Positions 40,828 to 50,510 are shown, counted from the first letter of the stretch. The stretch is DNA of 64,000 nt from Pseudomonadota bacterium (GCA_023402015.1 JAEXCU010000015.1:825-64824), one strand, 5' to 3'. Program-made: numbers and translations. The notes: generated by a model from the letters alone, not told the origin.

Positions 40828-41381
40828 AAACTGAAATTCACAGCAAACCCGGTAAAATTAAATCCCAGGTTGGTATCTGTAAAATTGCCGTTGGAAAAAT
40901 GCTGGGTAAACCATTCTATACGCCAACGGTCTGAAACATCTTTGCCGATAAAGAACCGTTCACCAAATACCAGACGGCTGTCAACATACCTGTCGCGGGA
41001 ATCGCGCATATATGGCCCCACACCAAATCCCAAATAAAATCCATTCCATGACAACAGGGCGATATCCCATGAAACGCCGATTGCAAAGAAAGACAGGCCC
41101 CTGTCGTGTTCGTATCCGAAATTTTGAACCAGGTTAAAGTTTATTCGCGACGGCAGGCGAAATATTTCCATTGGTTGGCTGTACTGAAAATTAAAATTGG
41201 TCATTGATTGGAATTCCCACAAAATGGGGTCAACCAATTTGAACAGTGTTCCCGAACCGGTACCCTGACTGGCATATATCGCGACAGAATTTATACACCC
41301 GTCGCAAAACATCGGGTTTTCGTCCGCGCGTGCAGACAATGGCAATGCAATTAACGATAACAGGGCGATAAATTTTTTCAT
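40824..41381 (-). CDS. lipid A deacylase / acyloxyacyl hydrolase (PagL-like) outer-membrane protein
   Basis: Start at MKKFIALLSLIALPLSARA (ATG 41381). Beta-barrel pattern, HFSNG motif near the C-terminus, terminal Phe. Confidence 0.6.
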   Translation of the reverse strand: MKKFIALLSLIALPLSARADENPMFCDGCINSVAIYASQGTGSGTLFKLVDPILWEFQSMTNFNFQYSQPMEIFRLPSRINFNLVQNFGYEHDRGLSFFAIGVSWDIALLSWNGFYLGFGVGPYMRDSRDRYVDSRLVFGERFFIGKDVSDRWRIEWFTQHFSNGNFTDTNLGFNFTGFAVNFSF

Positions 41382-41569
41382 GGTGCCATTATATCTTAAA
41401 TCCATGTAATCGGCAAACAGTAAAAAGTCTTTTCTGGGCGCCCTGGTTTTCTTATTTACACAGGTTTTCAAAAATGTTATAATTAGACAAAGTATATATG
41501 CCAATGGCATGCATGCGCGCTGTAAAACAGCGGGTTTTCCGGCCCACCCCGGATACAGGAGAGTATTTT

Positions 41570-43681
41570 ATGAAAAGCCGTAATTTCGCAGATTTTTGCA
41601 AAAATGCAATGGGTACAGTGTTTTTATTGGCCGGTGCATTTTTCGTTTGTTCTACGTTGGTATCAATGCGGGCGGTTTTCGCAGACCCAATCGCACCTGC
41701 GGCAATAACCGCGCAATCGGGACGCGCCGGCGCCACCGGGCGCAGTAATGCGACCCCGCGCAATGCAACAAACACGGTATCCCGCGCAACCGGCACCACA
41801 ACCGCGGCGACCCCGTCGCGCAGTGTTGCGTCGCGCGCCAATGCCGCAAATTCTTCGCGCGTAACAACGGCAAATTCATCCCGCGCAACAACGGCGGCCA
41901 CCACAACAAATAATGCATCACGTGGTGTTGCATCGCGCAACGTTGTTTCCCGCACGGGTACCACAAATGCATCGCGCAGTACGGGTGCAACAACCGCACG
42001 CAGTGTTCGCGCCCGCGCTGCCAATCCGTCCCGCGTTTCTTTGCAGGGCAGTGCAATCCGTGGGTCCAAGGCATCAACAAATACATACACGTATTTGTCA
42101 AACAAACTGTACACTGGCAATTATTCAAATATCATTGATTCATCCACTGGTTTGATTTCGGCCGATGCATACAACAATTGTATGGAATCATATTATGCAT
42201 GCATGGACGAAATCTGCACCGCACGTAATGCGGCCCAGCGTCGTTGCGCATGCGCCGGTCGTGTCAAAGCCTTTGCCGAGGCGGAAAGCCAACTGGAAAC
42301 GGCCAACGAAGAATTGATTAAGGTTTCTGGTGAATTGGCATTGCTGATTGCAACCAAGGGCAAAGATGTCAGCGAGGCATTTAAATTAACCGATGCAGAA
42401 AAGGTTATGAACTGCGTTTCCTGGCAAGAGGCCAGCAAGAAAGGCACCATTTCATCTGATGATTTCGGCGATTGGTGCGCACAACACGCGATTTATGACG
42501 GCACATGCAGTAATACAACCCCGCCGTCTTATTGTAAAGAAAATGGCAATTCATTCGGATTTGATGTCAGTGCCCTGGACGGCAGTGGCAGTGATATCTT
42601 GGCATCATTACAATCATGGGCCAATGCCAAGGAAAAAACCCTGACCATCATTTCTGATGATGAAAACAGCCTGACCAGTGCGTTTGACAATCTGTCCCAG
42701 GTGGTCAGTGGCCTGGCCGGAATTAATGGCGCGTTTTCCAACAGTGAAAATCTGAAAGATTCATTGGCAGAAACATGGGGATATGAATTGTTTGAATATG
42801 CCCACAACAATGTTTGCAACCGCGTTTTGGATTCCTGCTTTAACGGTATTTACGAGGCATGCGGTGCCCCACCGTCATCGGGTCGCAAATGCGGCAATGG
42901 TCAATCACAATGCCCGTACAATTATAACAGTGTTATCAGTGTTTCAAACACCGGTACATATGAATTGAACTTTGTTGAACCGAATACCGGTTATACTGCA
43001 TCCAATTCGGCAACATGCTTTGGTTATACATCTGCATCGGGCGACCCGTATTCAAACCTGCGTGGTCCGGTGGCCGATGCCCGCCGCAGCATTTTGCAGA
43101 AATATGCGCTGGATGCGAATGCGGACTGCGACGCATATGGCGACCAATTGCGTACAACCGCCCAGAATATCGGATATCAAAAGGTTGCCGCGCAACAGGC
43201 ACTGCAACAGAAACGTCTGGAATTTGCCCAGGATGAAAAACAATCTGTGCTGACCGATGCGATTACGGCGGGCACCAACTTTAACGAATGTATGAGCGAG
43301 ATTTTAGACTGTTATGAAACCCAGGCGAATTCACATGGCCCCGGTTCCAGCAGTGTGTGGTCTGATTCACGTATCAAAACATATTGTGCCCAGGTTGCAA
43401 ATGTTCCGCATTGCTATGAAACAATGATTTGCAATCCGTCATCTGCCCAGTTCAAGGCGGTTATTGACAAGGCCGACAGTGCACAATGCCTGAACAGCCA
43501 GGATTACACCAAGAACACATGCCGCAATATCGTTACATTGAACGAAATCTTGAATGGTACGGGCGCGGCAAAGCCGGGCAACATACCGTCTGAATCCAAT
43601 GGTGATTCTGCGGGTATGCGTGAACAATGCCTGTTGGATTCATTTGTTGATGAAATCCGTTCATGGAGTGCAAATAAATAA
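41570..43681 (+). CDS. 704-aa secreted Cys-rich protein with S/T/R-rich N-terminal tract
   Basis: RBS aggagag, start MKSRNF. About 150 aa of (S/T/N/A)n-SR repeats. NCMESYYACMDEICTARNAAQRRCAC is the same C-x6-C-x4-C-x9-C-x-C module as in 45394..47619. Confidence 0.7.
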   Translation: MKSRNFADFCKNAMGTVFLLAGAFFVCSTLVSMRAVFADPIAPAAITAQSGRAGATGRSNATPRNATNTVSRATGTTTAATPSRSVASRANAANSSRVTTANSSRATTAATTTNNASRGVASRNVVSRTGTTNASRSTGATTARSVRARAANPSRVSLQGSAIRGSKASTNTYTYLSNKLYTGNYSNIIDSSTGLISADAYNNCMESYYACMDEICTARNAAQRRCACAGRVKAFAEAESQLETANEELIKVSGELALLIATKGKDVSEAFKLTDAEKVMNCVSWQEASKKGTISSDDFGDWCAQHAIYDGTCSNTTPPSYCKENGNSFGFDVSALDGSGSDILASLQSWANAKEKTLTIISDDENSLTSAFDNLSQVVSGLAGINGAFSNSENLKDSLAETWGYELFEYAHNNVCNRVLDSCFNGIYEACGAPPSSGRKCGNGQSQCPYNYNSVISVSNTGTYELNFVEPNTGYTASNSATCFGYTSASGDPYSNLRGPVADARRSILQKYALDANADCDAYGDQLRTTAQNIGYQKVAAQQALQQKRLEFAQDEKQSVLTDAITAGTNFNECMSEILDCYETQANSHGPGSSSVWSDSRIKTYCAQVANVPHCYETMICNPSSAQFKAVIDKADSAQCLNSQDYTKNTCRNIVTLNEILNGTGAAKPGNIPSESNGDSAGMREQCLLDSFVDEIRSWSANK

Positions 43682-43700
43682 TTATCCCCATGATAAATAA

Positions 43701-43728
43701 AACCGCCCGATTGGGCGGTTTTTTATTA
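43701..43728 (+). terminator. rho-independent terminator
   Basis: aaaaccgcccgattgggcggtttttta. Confidence 0.75.
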
Positions 43729-43797
43729 TATGTTTACAATTTTGTGCATTTTTGATGCGTAAATGGGCCATTTTGTAGAAAACTTTGTGCAAAACGC

Positions 43798-43826
43798 TTG
43801 ACTTTGGGTAAAAAAATGTTATTTTT
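43798..43826 (+). promoter_or_regulatory. candidate promoter of rplU-rpmA (TTGACT, weak -10 TATTTT)
   Basis: acgcttgacttt resembles the rRNA promoter -35 context gcgcttgacttt. Confidence 0.35.
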
Positions 43827-43875
43827 GTATCAGTTTTAAACAAAATGAACAAGAACAAAACATAAGAGAAAGAAA

Positions 43876-44175
43876 ATGAGCAATTTTGCAATCTTTCAAA
43901 CCGGTGGCAAACAGTATCGCGTCAGTGTTGGTGATATTGTCAAGGTTGAAAAACTGAATGCCGACGGCAACGTTGAATTTGACCAGGTGTTGATGGTCGG
44001 CGACAAAGTCGGCAATCCGTTGGTTAATGGCGCCAAAGTCATGGCCCAGGTTATTGAACAAAAACGTGGGGACAAAATTTTGGTGTTCAAGAAAAAACGC
44101 CGTCAAAATTATCGCCGCACACGTGGTCATCGCCAGTATATTACTGTGTTGAAAATCACGGATATCAAAGGTTAA
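43876..44175 (+). CDS. rplU: 50S ribosomal protein L21
   Basis: [27 protein letters not shown]... is the canonical L21 N-terminus. Confidence 0.95.
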   Translation: MSNFAIFQTGGKQYRVSVGDIVKVEKLNADGNVEFDQVLMVGDKVGNPLVNGAKVMAQVIEQKRGDKILVFKKKRRQNYRRTRGHRQYITVLKITDIKG

Positions 44176-44224
44176 TTTCTGGTTATAAAAATCAGAAAAA
44201 TCAGAAATTAAAAGGAGTTTAATT

Positions 44225-44491
44225 ATGGCACATAAGAAAGCGGGTTCGGCAACAACGAACGGACGCGATTCAGCAGGACGCAGACTGGGTGTTAAAAAAT
44301 CCGGTGGCAGCCGTGTTATCCCAGGAAACATCATCATTCGCCAACGTGGTACATCCGTACATCCGGGCGCGAATGTTGGCATGGGCAAAGATCACACTAT
44401 ATTTGCCAAGGTCGCAGGCAAGGTTCAATTTAAAACCGGCCTGAATGATCGCAAGACCGTTTCCGTCGTTCCAGAAGAAGACGCGAAATAA
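44225..44491 (+). CDS. rpmA: 50S ribosomal protein L27
   Basis: [25 protein letters not shown]...[10 protein letters not shown] is canonical L27. Confidence 0.95.
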   Translation: MAHKKAGSATTNGRDSAGRRLGVKKSGGSRVIPGNIIIRQRGTSVHPGANVGMGKDHTIFAKVAGKVQFKTGLNDRKTVSVVPEEDAK

Positions 44492-44493
44492 TA

Positions 44494-44520
44494 AAAAACC
44501 GCCCAATCGGGCGGTTTTTT
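44494..44520 (+). terminator. rho-independent terminator
   Basis: aaaaaaccgcccaatcgggcggtttttt. Confidence 0.8.
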
Positions 44521-44700
44521 CGTGATACGTGATACGACTTTCTCATTTGTCATTCCACTCTGCACTTCGTTTGCTCACAATGACAAAATTATTTATATTC
44601 GTTATCCGTAATACGTGAAACGTGATACGACTTCACCATTGTCATGGCGAGGCACGTCAGTGCCGTTGCAATCCTGCCGTCTTTGCAATGCAAAGCCGCG
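44521..44700. repeat. repeat island (CGTGATACG motifs plus degenerate GTCATT... units)
   Basis: cgtgatacgtgatacg at 44521..44536, ccgtaatacgtgaaacgtgatacg at 44606..44629, ttgtcatggcgaggcacgtcagtgccgttgcaatcc at 44639..44673. Confidence 0.75.
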
Positions 44701-44747
44701 CCATGTTTATTATTGAAATATGTAAATATTCATTGTATAATTCATTC

Positions 44748-44898
44748 GCATTGGCTGATTACCAATGCGGGGTGTAAGAACCTCCAATATAAAAATTCTC
44801 CAACCCGGTTGGAGGGTCGTGATATATTTGAATAAGCGACACTATTATATTGTAGTTCTTAACCTCCAACCGCCCTTAATCACGGCGGTGTTTTTTTA
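44748..44898 (+). ncRNA. structured leader/sRNA, copy B, directly upstream of an XRE gene
   Basis: Promoter TTGAAA-17-TATAAT (44713..44741). 5' hairpin gcattgg-ctgatta-ccaatgc, ctccaacccggttggag hairpin, terminator ccgcccttaatcacggcgg plus T8. The HTH ORF starts 23 nt later. Confidence 0.5.
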
Positions 44899-44920
44899 AC
44901 AAAAACAGCGAGGAAGAAAA

Positions 44921-45232
44921 ATGAATGACATACAATACAGTGCGAAATACCTGGGACAACTGATGCGCCAGGCCAGGCGCCAATATCACATACCGATTGG
45001 CGAAATGGCCGGTATTTTACACATACCAGCAGATACCTTGGACGGTTATGAAAAAGGGATTATCCAGATACCAATACCGATACTGGAAAGAATATTTGTG
45101 ATTGGGTTTGGCACAATGAGTTTAAAACGTAATGACCGTCATTACAGATACATGACCAAGGTTTATTTTAAACACGGGGTGTATAAATACATCCCTGTTC
45201 AAAAACCAGATGAAACCCCAGGGATAAATTGA
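44921..45232 (+). CDS. XRE/Cro-type helix-turn-helix protein (paralog of 1524..1805)
   Basis: RBS gaggaag. IGEMAGILHIPADTLDGYEKGIIQIP is HTH-like. Confidence 0.6.
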   Translation: MNDIQYSAKYLGQLMRQARRQYHIPIGEMAGILHIPADTLDGYEKGIIQIPIPILERIFVIGFGTMSLKRNDRHYRYMTKVYFKHGVYKYIPVQKPDETPGIN

Positions 45233-45257
45233 AATCCGCGCAGGGCTTCATCCCCAG

Positions 45258-45320
45258 CGATACGTATCACGTTTCAAGTATTACGTATCACGAAAAAATC
45301 CCCCACACGGGGGATTAATT
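45258..45320 (-). repeat. inverted copy of the terminator plus CGTGATACG unit
   Basis: Minus strand reads aatcccccgtgtgggggattttttcgtgatacgtaatacttgaaacgtgatacgtatcg. Confidence 0.6.
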
Positions 45321-45393
45321 GTATAAATCATCGCAATCGTGTGAATTTTAATCTTTTACCTGTTATGATGTTGTGTTATAATTAAACAAAGAA

Positions 45394-47619
45394 ATGAAAA
45401 AACTGTTCACGTGTTTTTTCGCATTGTTTTTATATGCGCCATGCGCCGTTGCGGCCGATGGTGCCGTTTCGCGTGTCGCGGGAAATAATGCCACAGATTC
45501 CACCGTGCGGGCGGATGCAAATGCGCGGTCCGGGACAAATCGTTCGGGCGTACGTGATTCATCAGATGACAATTCCACAACTGCGCGTGCGGCCCCACGC
45601 ACCACCACCGGTGCCGATGCGTCCACGTCCGTGCGCGGAAATGTTGCAGGTCGTGGAAATAATCAATCGCGGACAACAATTGCGGTTGGTGCCGCACGCG
45701 TTGCCGCAAACGAAGACAAACCGCACATTGTTTCACGCAGTGGTGCATCCAATTCTGCAACCGGCATGGCCGCGGAATCCAAAACCGCGCCGCGCCGTAC
45801 ACCAATAACAACGCGTTCATCTGCATCTGATTTGGGCAGTCGCATTCGTGCCCCGATTTCCAGTGCCAAGAACGCAAATCGCACAGCTGATACAGACAGT
45901 GAATCACGCAGTGTCAGCGCACGCGCCACCGCAACCCGCGAAACCATTGAAGAGGCGAAAAACCGCCTGGAACAAACGGCGGATTTAAATAAATCGTGCC
46001 AGGAACAATATAATGATTGCATGGACCAGTTCTGCGCGGTAATTGATGCCAATCAAAAACGTTGCAGTTGCAGTGCGAACCTGTCCAAATATACCAAGGT
46101 TGAATCCGCAGTCAAAGATGCCAACACGCAATTGAACGAAGTGGCCCAGCGTATCCGCTATGTCGGGTTATCGGCCGATGAAATCCGCGCCATTATGTCT
46201 GCGACCGAGGCCGAAGATGCCCTGACCGGTGCAACCGACAATACCGAAACCCGCAACATGTTGGAAGAAATTGAAAAGTTAATCAAAGACCCAACCAGTT
46301 CTACGTCTTATGCGGCCGATACGTATACGGGGCTGGACATGGATTTAGATTTCACCGCGGACAACAATGATTTATTTAATCTAGATTTTCTGAGCACCAA
46401 TTCAGGCAGTTTTTCAAACCTGCGTGGAACGGAACTGTACAACGCTGCGAAAAAACGCTGCAACACCATTCTGACCCAGTGTAAAGAGGTTGGCGCCACA
46501 TCACAACAGATTACGGGTAATTATGACCTGGCAATTGATAAAGATTGCATCGCGTATGAACAGGGCCTGACCAAGATGAATGAAACCCTGGTGTCCAACG
46601 TGCGCAGTGCGAACCGCATGCTGCAAAAGGCGCGTTTGGCCGTTTTGCAAAATAAAAATCAATACGATGCCAAGGGATGCATTGCCGCCCTGGATGCATG
46701 CATGACCGATGATATGGTTTGTGGCGCGGATTATACCAAGTGTCTGGACCCAACCAAAAAATACATCGATGAAAATGGCCAAGTCGTCCTGGGCCAGGAT
46801 ATTACCGATATAACCGATTTTATGGAAAACTTTGATAATGCAAAAATTTCATCATCGTTCTTGCAAAAATCGTATGGCATGGCAATTGGACCGGAAAAAT
46901 GTTCTGCCGCGGTCAGTGGCGACGGCGATGATGTTGGAAACAATGGTGCATGCGTTGTTAAATACCTGTTGCAGAAAATCGGTACCAAGCAAAAAATAAC
47001 CGACGAAGGTTTATGTCGCGCGGTTTTGGATAAATGCCAATCGTACACATATGATTCCAACGGAAATTATAAACCATATAACGATGTTGTTGTGAATTAT
47101 GTTCAGCGCGCCATGGTTAACATCAAGGCCGCCCAGCATCAGATTATTTCTGATTATGCGTCTTCGTGCATGGTAGATATCGCCGCATGTTATAACCAAC
47201 AGGTAACCCAGGTTAACGCATGGTCATCCACCGCCAGTGTCAACAGCGTTTACAACGTTATGCGTGGTGCGTGCCGCAATGTTGCATTAACATGTGCATA
47301 TGCCGTGTTTGACAAAGATGAATCCGGATTGTGCCCAGTGTCCAATGGCGCACACGACGATGCAAAATGCATAGACAGCATTTCTGAAATGTTCTATCAA
47401 TCGCTGTTGTGTCCGGATAATTCAACGTATCAAACAACCCAGGGAACCCCCGGTGTTGGCGGTTATGTCAATGAACGATGCAAATGTTTATCAGGATACG
47501 AAGTATTCGGTTCACAATGTTTGGTTGTGTGCCCGACAAATTCATCGCGTAATACATATGGAACATGTGTTTGCGCGTCCGGGTTCACAATGAAAAACAA
47601 CGTCTGCGTTGCGAATTAA
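45394..47619 (+). CDS. 741-aa secreted Cys-rich protein with S/T/R-rich tract and C-terminal furin/EGF-like modules
   Basis: Signal peptide MKKLFTCFFALFLYAPCAVA. SR-rich region of about 170 aa. SCQEQYNDCMDQFCAVIDANQKRCSC, GCIAALDACMTDDMVCGADYTKC. C-terminus CKCLSGYEVFGSQCLVVCP...CVCASGFTMKNNVC. Confidence 0.7.
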   Translation: MKKLFTCFFALFLYAPCAVAADGAVSRVAGNNATDSTVRADANARSGTNRSGVRDSSDDNSTTARAAPRTTTGADASTSVRGNVAGRGNNQSRTTIAVGAARVAANEDKPHIVSRSGASNSATGMAAESKTAPRRTPITTRSSASDLGSRIRAPISSAKNANRTADTDSESRSVSARATATRETIEEAKNRLEQTADLNKSCQEQYNDCMDQFCAVIDANQKRCSCSANLSKYTKVESAVKDANTQLNEVAQRIRYVGLSADEIRAIMSATEAEDALTGATDNTETRNMLEEIEKLIKDPTSSTSYAADTYTGLDMDLDFTADNNDLFNLDFLSTNSGSFSNLRGTELYNAAKKRCNTILTQCKEVGATSQQITGNYDLAIDKDCIAYEQGLTKMNETLVSNVRSANRMLQKARLAVLQNKNQYDAKGCIAALDACMTDDMVCGADYTKCLDPTKKYIDENGQVVLGQDITDITDFMENFDNAKISSSFLQKSYGMAIGPEKCSAAVSGDGDDVGNNGACVVKYLLQKIGTKQKITDEGLCRAVLDKCQSYTYDSNGNYKPYNDVVVNYVQRAMVNIKAAQHQIISDYASSCMVDIAACYNQQVTQVNAWSSTASVNSVYNVMRGACRNVALTCAYAVFDKDESGLCPVSNGAHDDAKCIDSISEMFYQSLLCPDNSTYQTTQGTPGVGGYVNERCKCLSGYEVFGSQCLVVCPTNSSRNTYGTCVCASGFTMKNNVCVAN

Positions 47620-47635
47620 ATTTATGATTAATTAA

Positions 47636-47666
47636 AAATCCCCGATTAATTCGGGGATTTTTTTAT
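47636..47666. terminator. bidirectional terminator between convergent genes
   Basis: aaaaatccccgattaattcggggattttttta. Confidence 0.7.
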
Positions 47667-48340
47667 GCGGTTATTTTTTCCATAAATGCCTGGTGCGCGG
47701 CCAATTCGTCCGCATGCGCGGGAAATTCACGGTGCGGGAAATTTGCACCAATCTTGGGATGTTTTAAAAATGCCGCGTGTTGGTCGGCGATTATCTCACT
47801 GACATCCGGGGCGGGCGCAGTGTTTTCCAATTCTTTGTAAACCTTGGCCAAGATTTCCGCGTCAATTAATGCGCCGTGGGCGTCTGCACGCGCGGTCAGT
47901 GATATTCCATACCATTTGGCCAATGCGTCCAACGAATAACTCTTGGGGCCAAAAACGCGATTGCGAGCGATTACAATTGAATCCAATTGTTGTTCACGTG
48001 GAATTTGATGCAGGCCCAACATTGCCAATTCATGGTTAATAAATGGAAAGTCAAAATCTGCGCCATTGTGTGCGACAATTGGACTGTCGCCGATAAATTC
48101 CAGAAACCGGGGCGCAATTTCAGACATTTTTGGTTTATCTTCCAAAAATGCATTGGAAATTTTATGAACCATATATGTTTCAGGCGGAATAATTTTACCT
48201 TCGGGATTGATATATTCATGAAAAGAATTATCTGTTATTTGCCCGTCAATCATTTCCACAGCACCGATTTCAATGCATCGGTCGCCGCGCATGTATTCAA
48301 ATCCGGTGGTTTCAATATCAAAGCAAATAACACGTTTCAT
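47663..48340 (-). CDS. dnaQ: DNA polymerase III epsilon subunit (DnaQ-type 3'-5' exonuclease)
   Basis: Exo motifs VICFDIETTGF (Exo I), VAHNGADFDFPFI (Exo II), HGALIDAEILAKVY (Exo III epsilon). Confidence 0.85.
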   Translation of the reverse strand: MKRVICFDIETTGFEYMRGDRCIEIGAVEMIDGQITDNSFHEYINPEGKIIPPETYMVHKISNAFLEDKPKMSEIAPRFLEFIGDSPIVAHNGADFDFPFINHELAMLGLHQIPREQQLDSIVIARNRVFGPKSYSLDALAKWYGISLTARADAHGALIDAEILAKVYKELENTAPAPDVSEIIADQHAAFLKHPKIGANFPHREFPAHADELAAHQAFMEKITA

Positions 48341-48380
48341 TTTAATATTCCCAAAATAATGTTTTTGATTAGCAAACTTT

Positions 48381-50510
48381 GTGTATTATAATGAAATGGT
48401 GAATTTAATGCTAGAAAATCTTAACGCAGAACAAAAATTAGCGGTTGAAACGACCGAAGGCCCGCTGTTGGTGCTGTCTGGGGCGGGAACAGGTAAAACG
48501 CGCGTACTGACGACGCGGATTGCATACATATTAAACCATGGCTTGGCGATGCCGTGGCAAATTTTGGCCCTGACATTTACCAACAAGGCGGCAAATGAAA
48601 TGAAATCGCGTATCGCCGCGTTTGCAGATGATGGCGCCGGATGGTATGCGGGGGACCTGTGGTGCGGGACATTTCATTCAATTTGTTTGCGCATTTTGCG
48701 CACAAATGCCGAGCGTGCGGGCCTGCGGCGTGATTTCCTGATATATGGCGAAGATGAACAGAAAACCGTTTTGAAAAACGTCCTGGGCGAAATGGGATTG
48801 GATATCAAGGATTACAACCCGGGCGACTGGGTGGAACGCATTTCTGGTATAAAAGACAAAGGTATCGGTTTTGATGCAGAATTCAGCCCGGTACAAACAA
48901 AAATATTAAATGCATACAATGCAGAACTGGCGCGGTTAAATGCGGTTGATTTTGGTGATATTATATTAAAGGTTTTGGAACTGTTTAACTCCGCCCCCGA
49001 TATTTTGGAAAAATATCAGAATCAGTTTAAATATATTTTGGTTGATGAGTTTCAGGATACAAACCATGCCCAGATGCAATTTTTGGAAATGTTAACGCGT
49101 GGTATTACTGCGCCCAATATATGCTGTGTGGGTGATGATGACCAATCCATTTATTCTTGGCGTGGGGCGGAAATAAAACACATTTTGAACTTTGAAAACA
49201 GTTTTCAAGATGCTCAGATAATTCGCCTGGAAACAAATTACCGCAGTACGCCAAATATTTTGGGTGCGGCAAATTCCCTGATACGCCATAACCAGGGACG
49301 TTTGGGCAAAGACCTGCGCAGTGCGCCGGGAATTGGTGATGGTGAACCGGTGTATGTTTTAACCGTGCCGACCGATTGGGACGAAGCGCGTCTGATTGCG
49401 GACACGATTATGCGCAAAGATGATGCGACGCCATACAGTAATTTTGCAATACTTATCCGCGCAGGCAGTTTGTCGCGTTTGTTTGAAGAAGAATTTGCGG
49501 CCCGCGGGTTGCCATATAAATTAATTGGTGCGACCAAGTTCTATGACAGAATGGAAATCCGCGATGCAATTGCATATCTGCGATTAATGGTGTATCCGTT
49601 TGACGATTTATCGTTTGCACGCGTTATTGCCAAACCGCGTCGCGGTTTTGGACCAACCGCATTGGCAAAACTGCGTGCGGCGGGTGAAAATTTATTTACG
49701 GGTTTAAAAAACGCAAAACTGACCGGCAAACAACGCACGTTGGCCGATGAGTTTTTGGTCGCGTTTGATTTTGACTGGGGCGCAATGACCCCGGCGGATG
49801 CGGCGCAAAACCTGTTGGAAAAATCGGGATATTTAAAAATGTGGCGCGAATCCAAAGATGCGGACGCCCCAGCACGATTGGATAATATCAAAGAATTAAT
49901 AACAAACGTTATTGCAAAATACGATACTTTGCCGGAATTTTTGGAACATGCGGCATTGATGATGACCGATGATAACGATGCGCTGGATGCGGCCGGCAAT
50001 AATGACGCAGTCAGCATTATGACAATTCATGCCGCCAAAGGCTTGGAATACGACACAGTGTTTTTACCCGCATGGGAAGATAAAATATTTCCCAACGAAA
50101 TGGCAATCGAGGCAGACGGTCTGGAAGAAGAACGGCGCCTGGCATACGTTGCAATAACGCGCGCGCGCAAACGCGCCATTATTATAAACGCAATGTCGCG
50201 CATGGTATTTGGCCAGCGTCAATATAATTCCCCCAGTCGTTTTATCGCAGAAATGGATGCAAAATATCTGGAATTTCAGGGGGGAATGCAACCGCGCACC
50301 TATCGTAATGTTCCAACGTCTTATTCATCCGCGCCGCGCATCCGCCCGCGCGAAAAATTGCCAGAAAGAATGGTTGGAAAACTGGTTTCGCATTCTGAAA
50401 TGGGGCGTGGCACAGTCATAGAAGAAAACGGCGACATTTTAACAATTGCATTCGGGTCGCGCGGAATCAAAAACGTTGCGCGTCAATATATTACGATTTG
50501 TGATAAATAA
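48381..50510 (+). CDS. uvrD: UvrD/Rep/PcrA-family ATP-dependent DNA helicase
   Basis: LNAEQKLAV, Walker A GAGTGKT, DEFQDTN, TIHAAKGLEYD, YVAITRAR. True start may be M at 48396 or 48408. Confidence 0.85.
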   Translation: MYYNEMVNLMLENLNAEQKLAVETTEGPLLVLSGAGTGKTRVLTTRIAYILNHGLAMPWQILALTFTNKAANEMKSRIAAFADDGAGWYAGDLWCGTFHSICLRILRTNAERAGLRRDFLIYGEDEQKTVLKNVLGEMGLDIKDYNPGDWVERISGIKDKGIGFDAEFSPVQTKILNAYNAELARLNAVDFGDIILKVLELFNSAPDILEKYQNQFKYILVDEFQDTNHAQMQFLEMLTRGITAPNICCVGDDDQSIYSWRGAEIKHILNFENSFQDAQIIRLETNYRSTPNILGAANSLIRHNQGRLGKDLRSAPGIGDGEPVYVLTVPTDWDEARLIADTIMRKDDATPYSNFAILIRAGSLSRLFEEEFAARGLPYKLIGATKFYDRMEIRDAIAYLRLMVYPFDDLSFARVIAKPRRGFGPTALAKLRAAGENLFTGLKNAKLTGKQRTLADEFLVAFDFDWGAMTPADAAQNLLEKSGYLKMWRESKDADAPARLDNIKELITNVIAKYDTLPEFLEHAALMMTDDNDALDAAGNNDAVSIMTIHAAKGLEYDTVFLPAWEDKIFPNEMAIEADGLEEERRLAYVAITRARKRAIIINAMSRMVFGQRQYNSPSRFIAEMDAKYLEFQGGMQPRTYRNVPTSYSSAPRIRPREKLPERMVGKLVSHSEMGRGTVIEENGDILTIAFGSRGIKNVARQYITICDK

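Noticed and set aside
41452-42128. Minus-strand ORFs of 222 and 158 aa opposite the start of the 41570..43681 gene
   Set aside because: They are an antisense artefact of the S/T/R-rich tract (the translation is an Arg/Asp/Ala/Val repeat). The 222-aa ORF would also run through the PagL-like gene promoter region.
45363-46052. Minus-strand ORFs (87, 166 and 129 aa) over the 5' part of 45394..47619
   Set aside because: They are antisense to the S/T/R-rich tract, the same artefact as at 41.5-42.1 kb.
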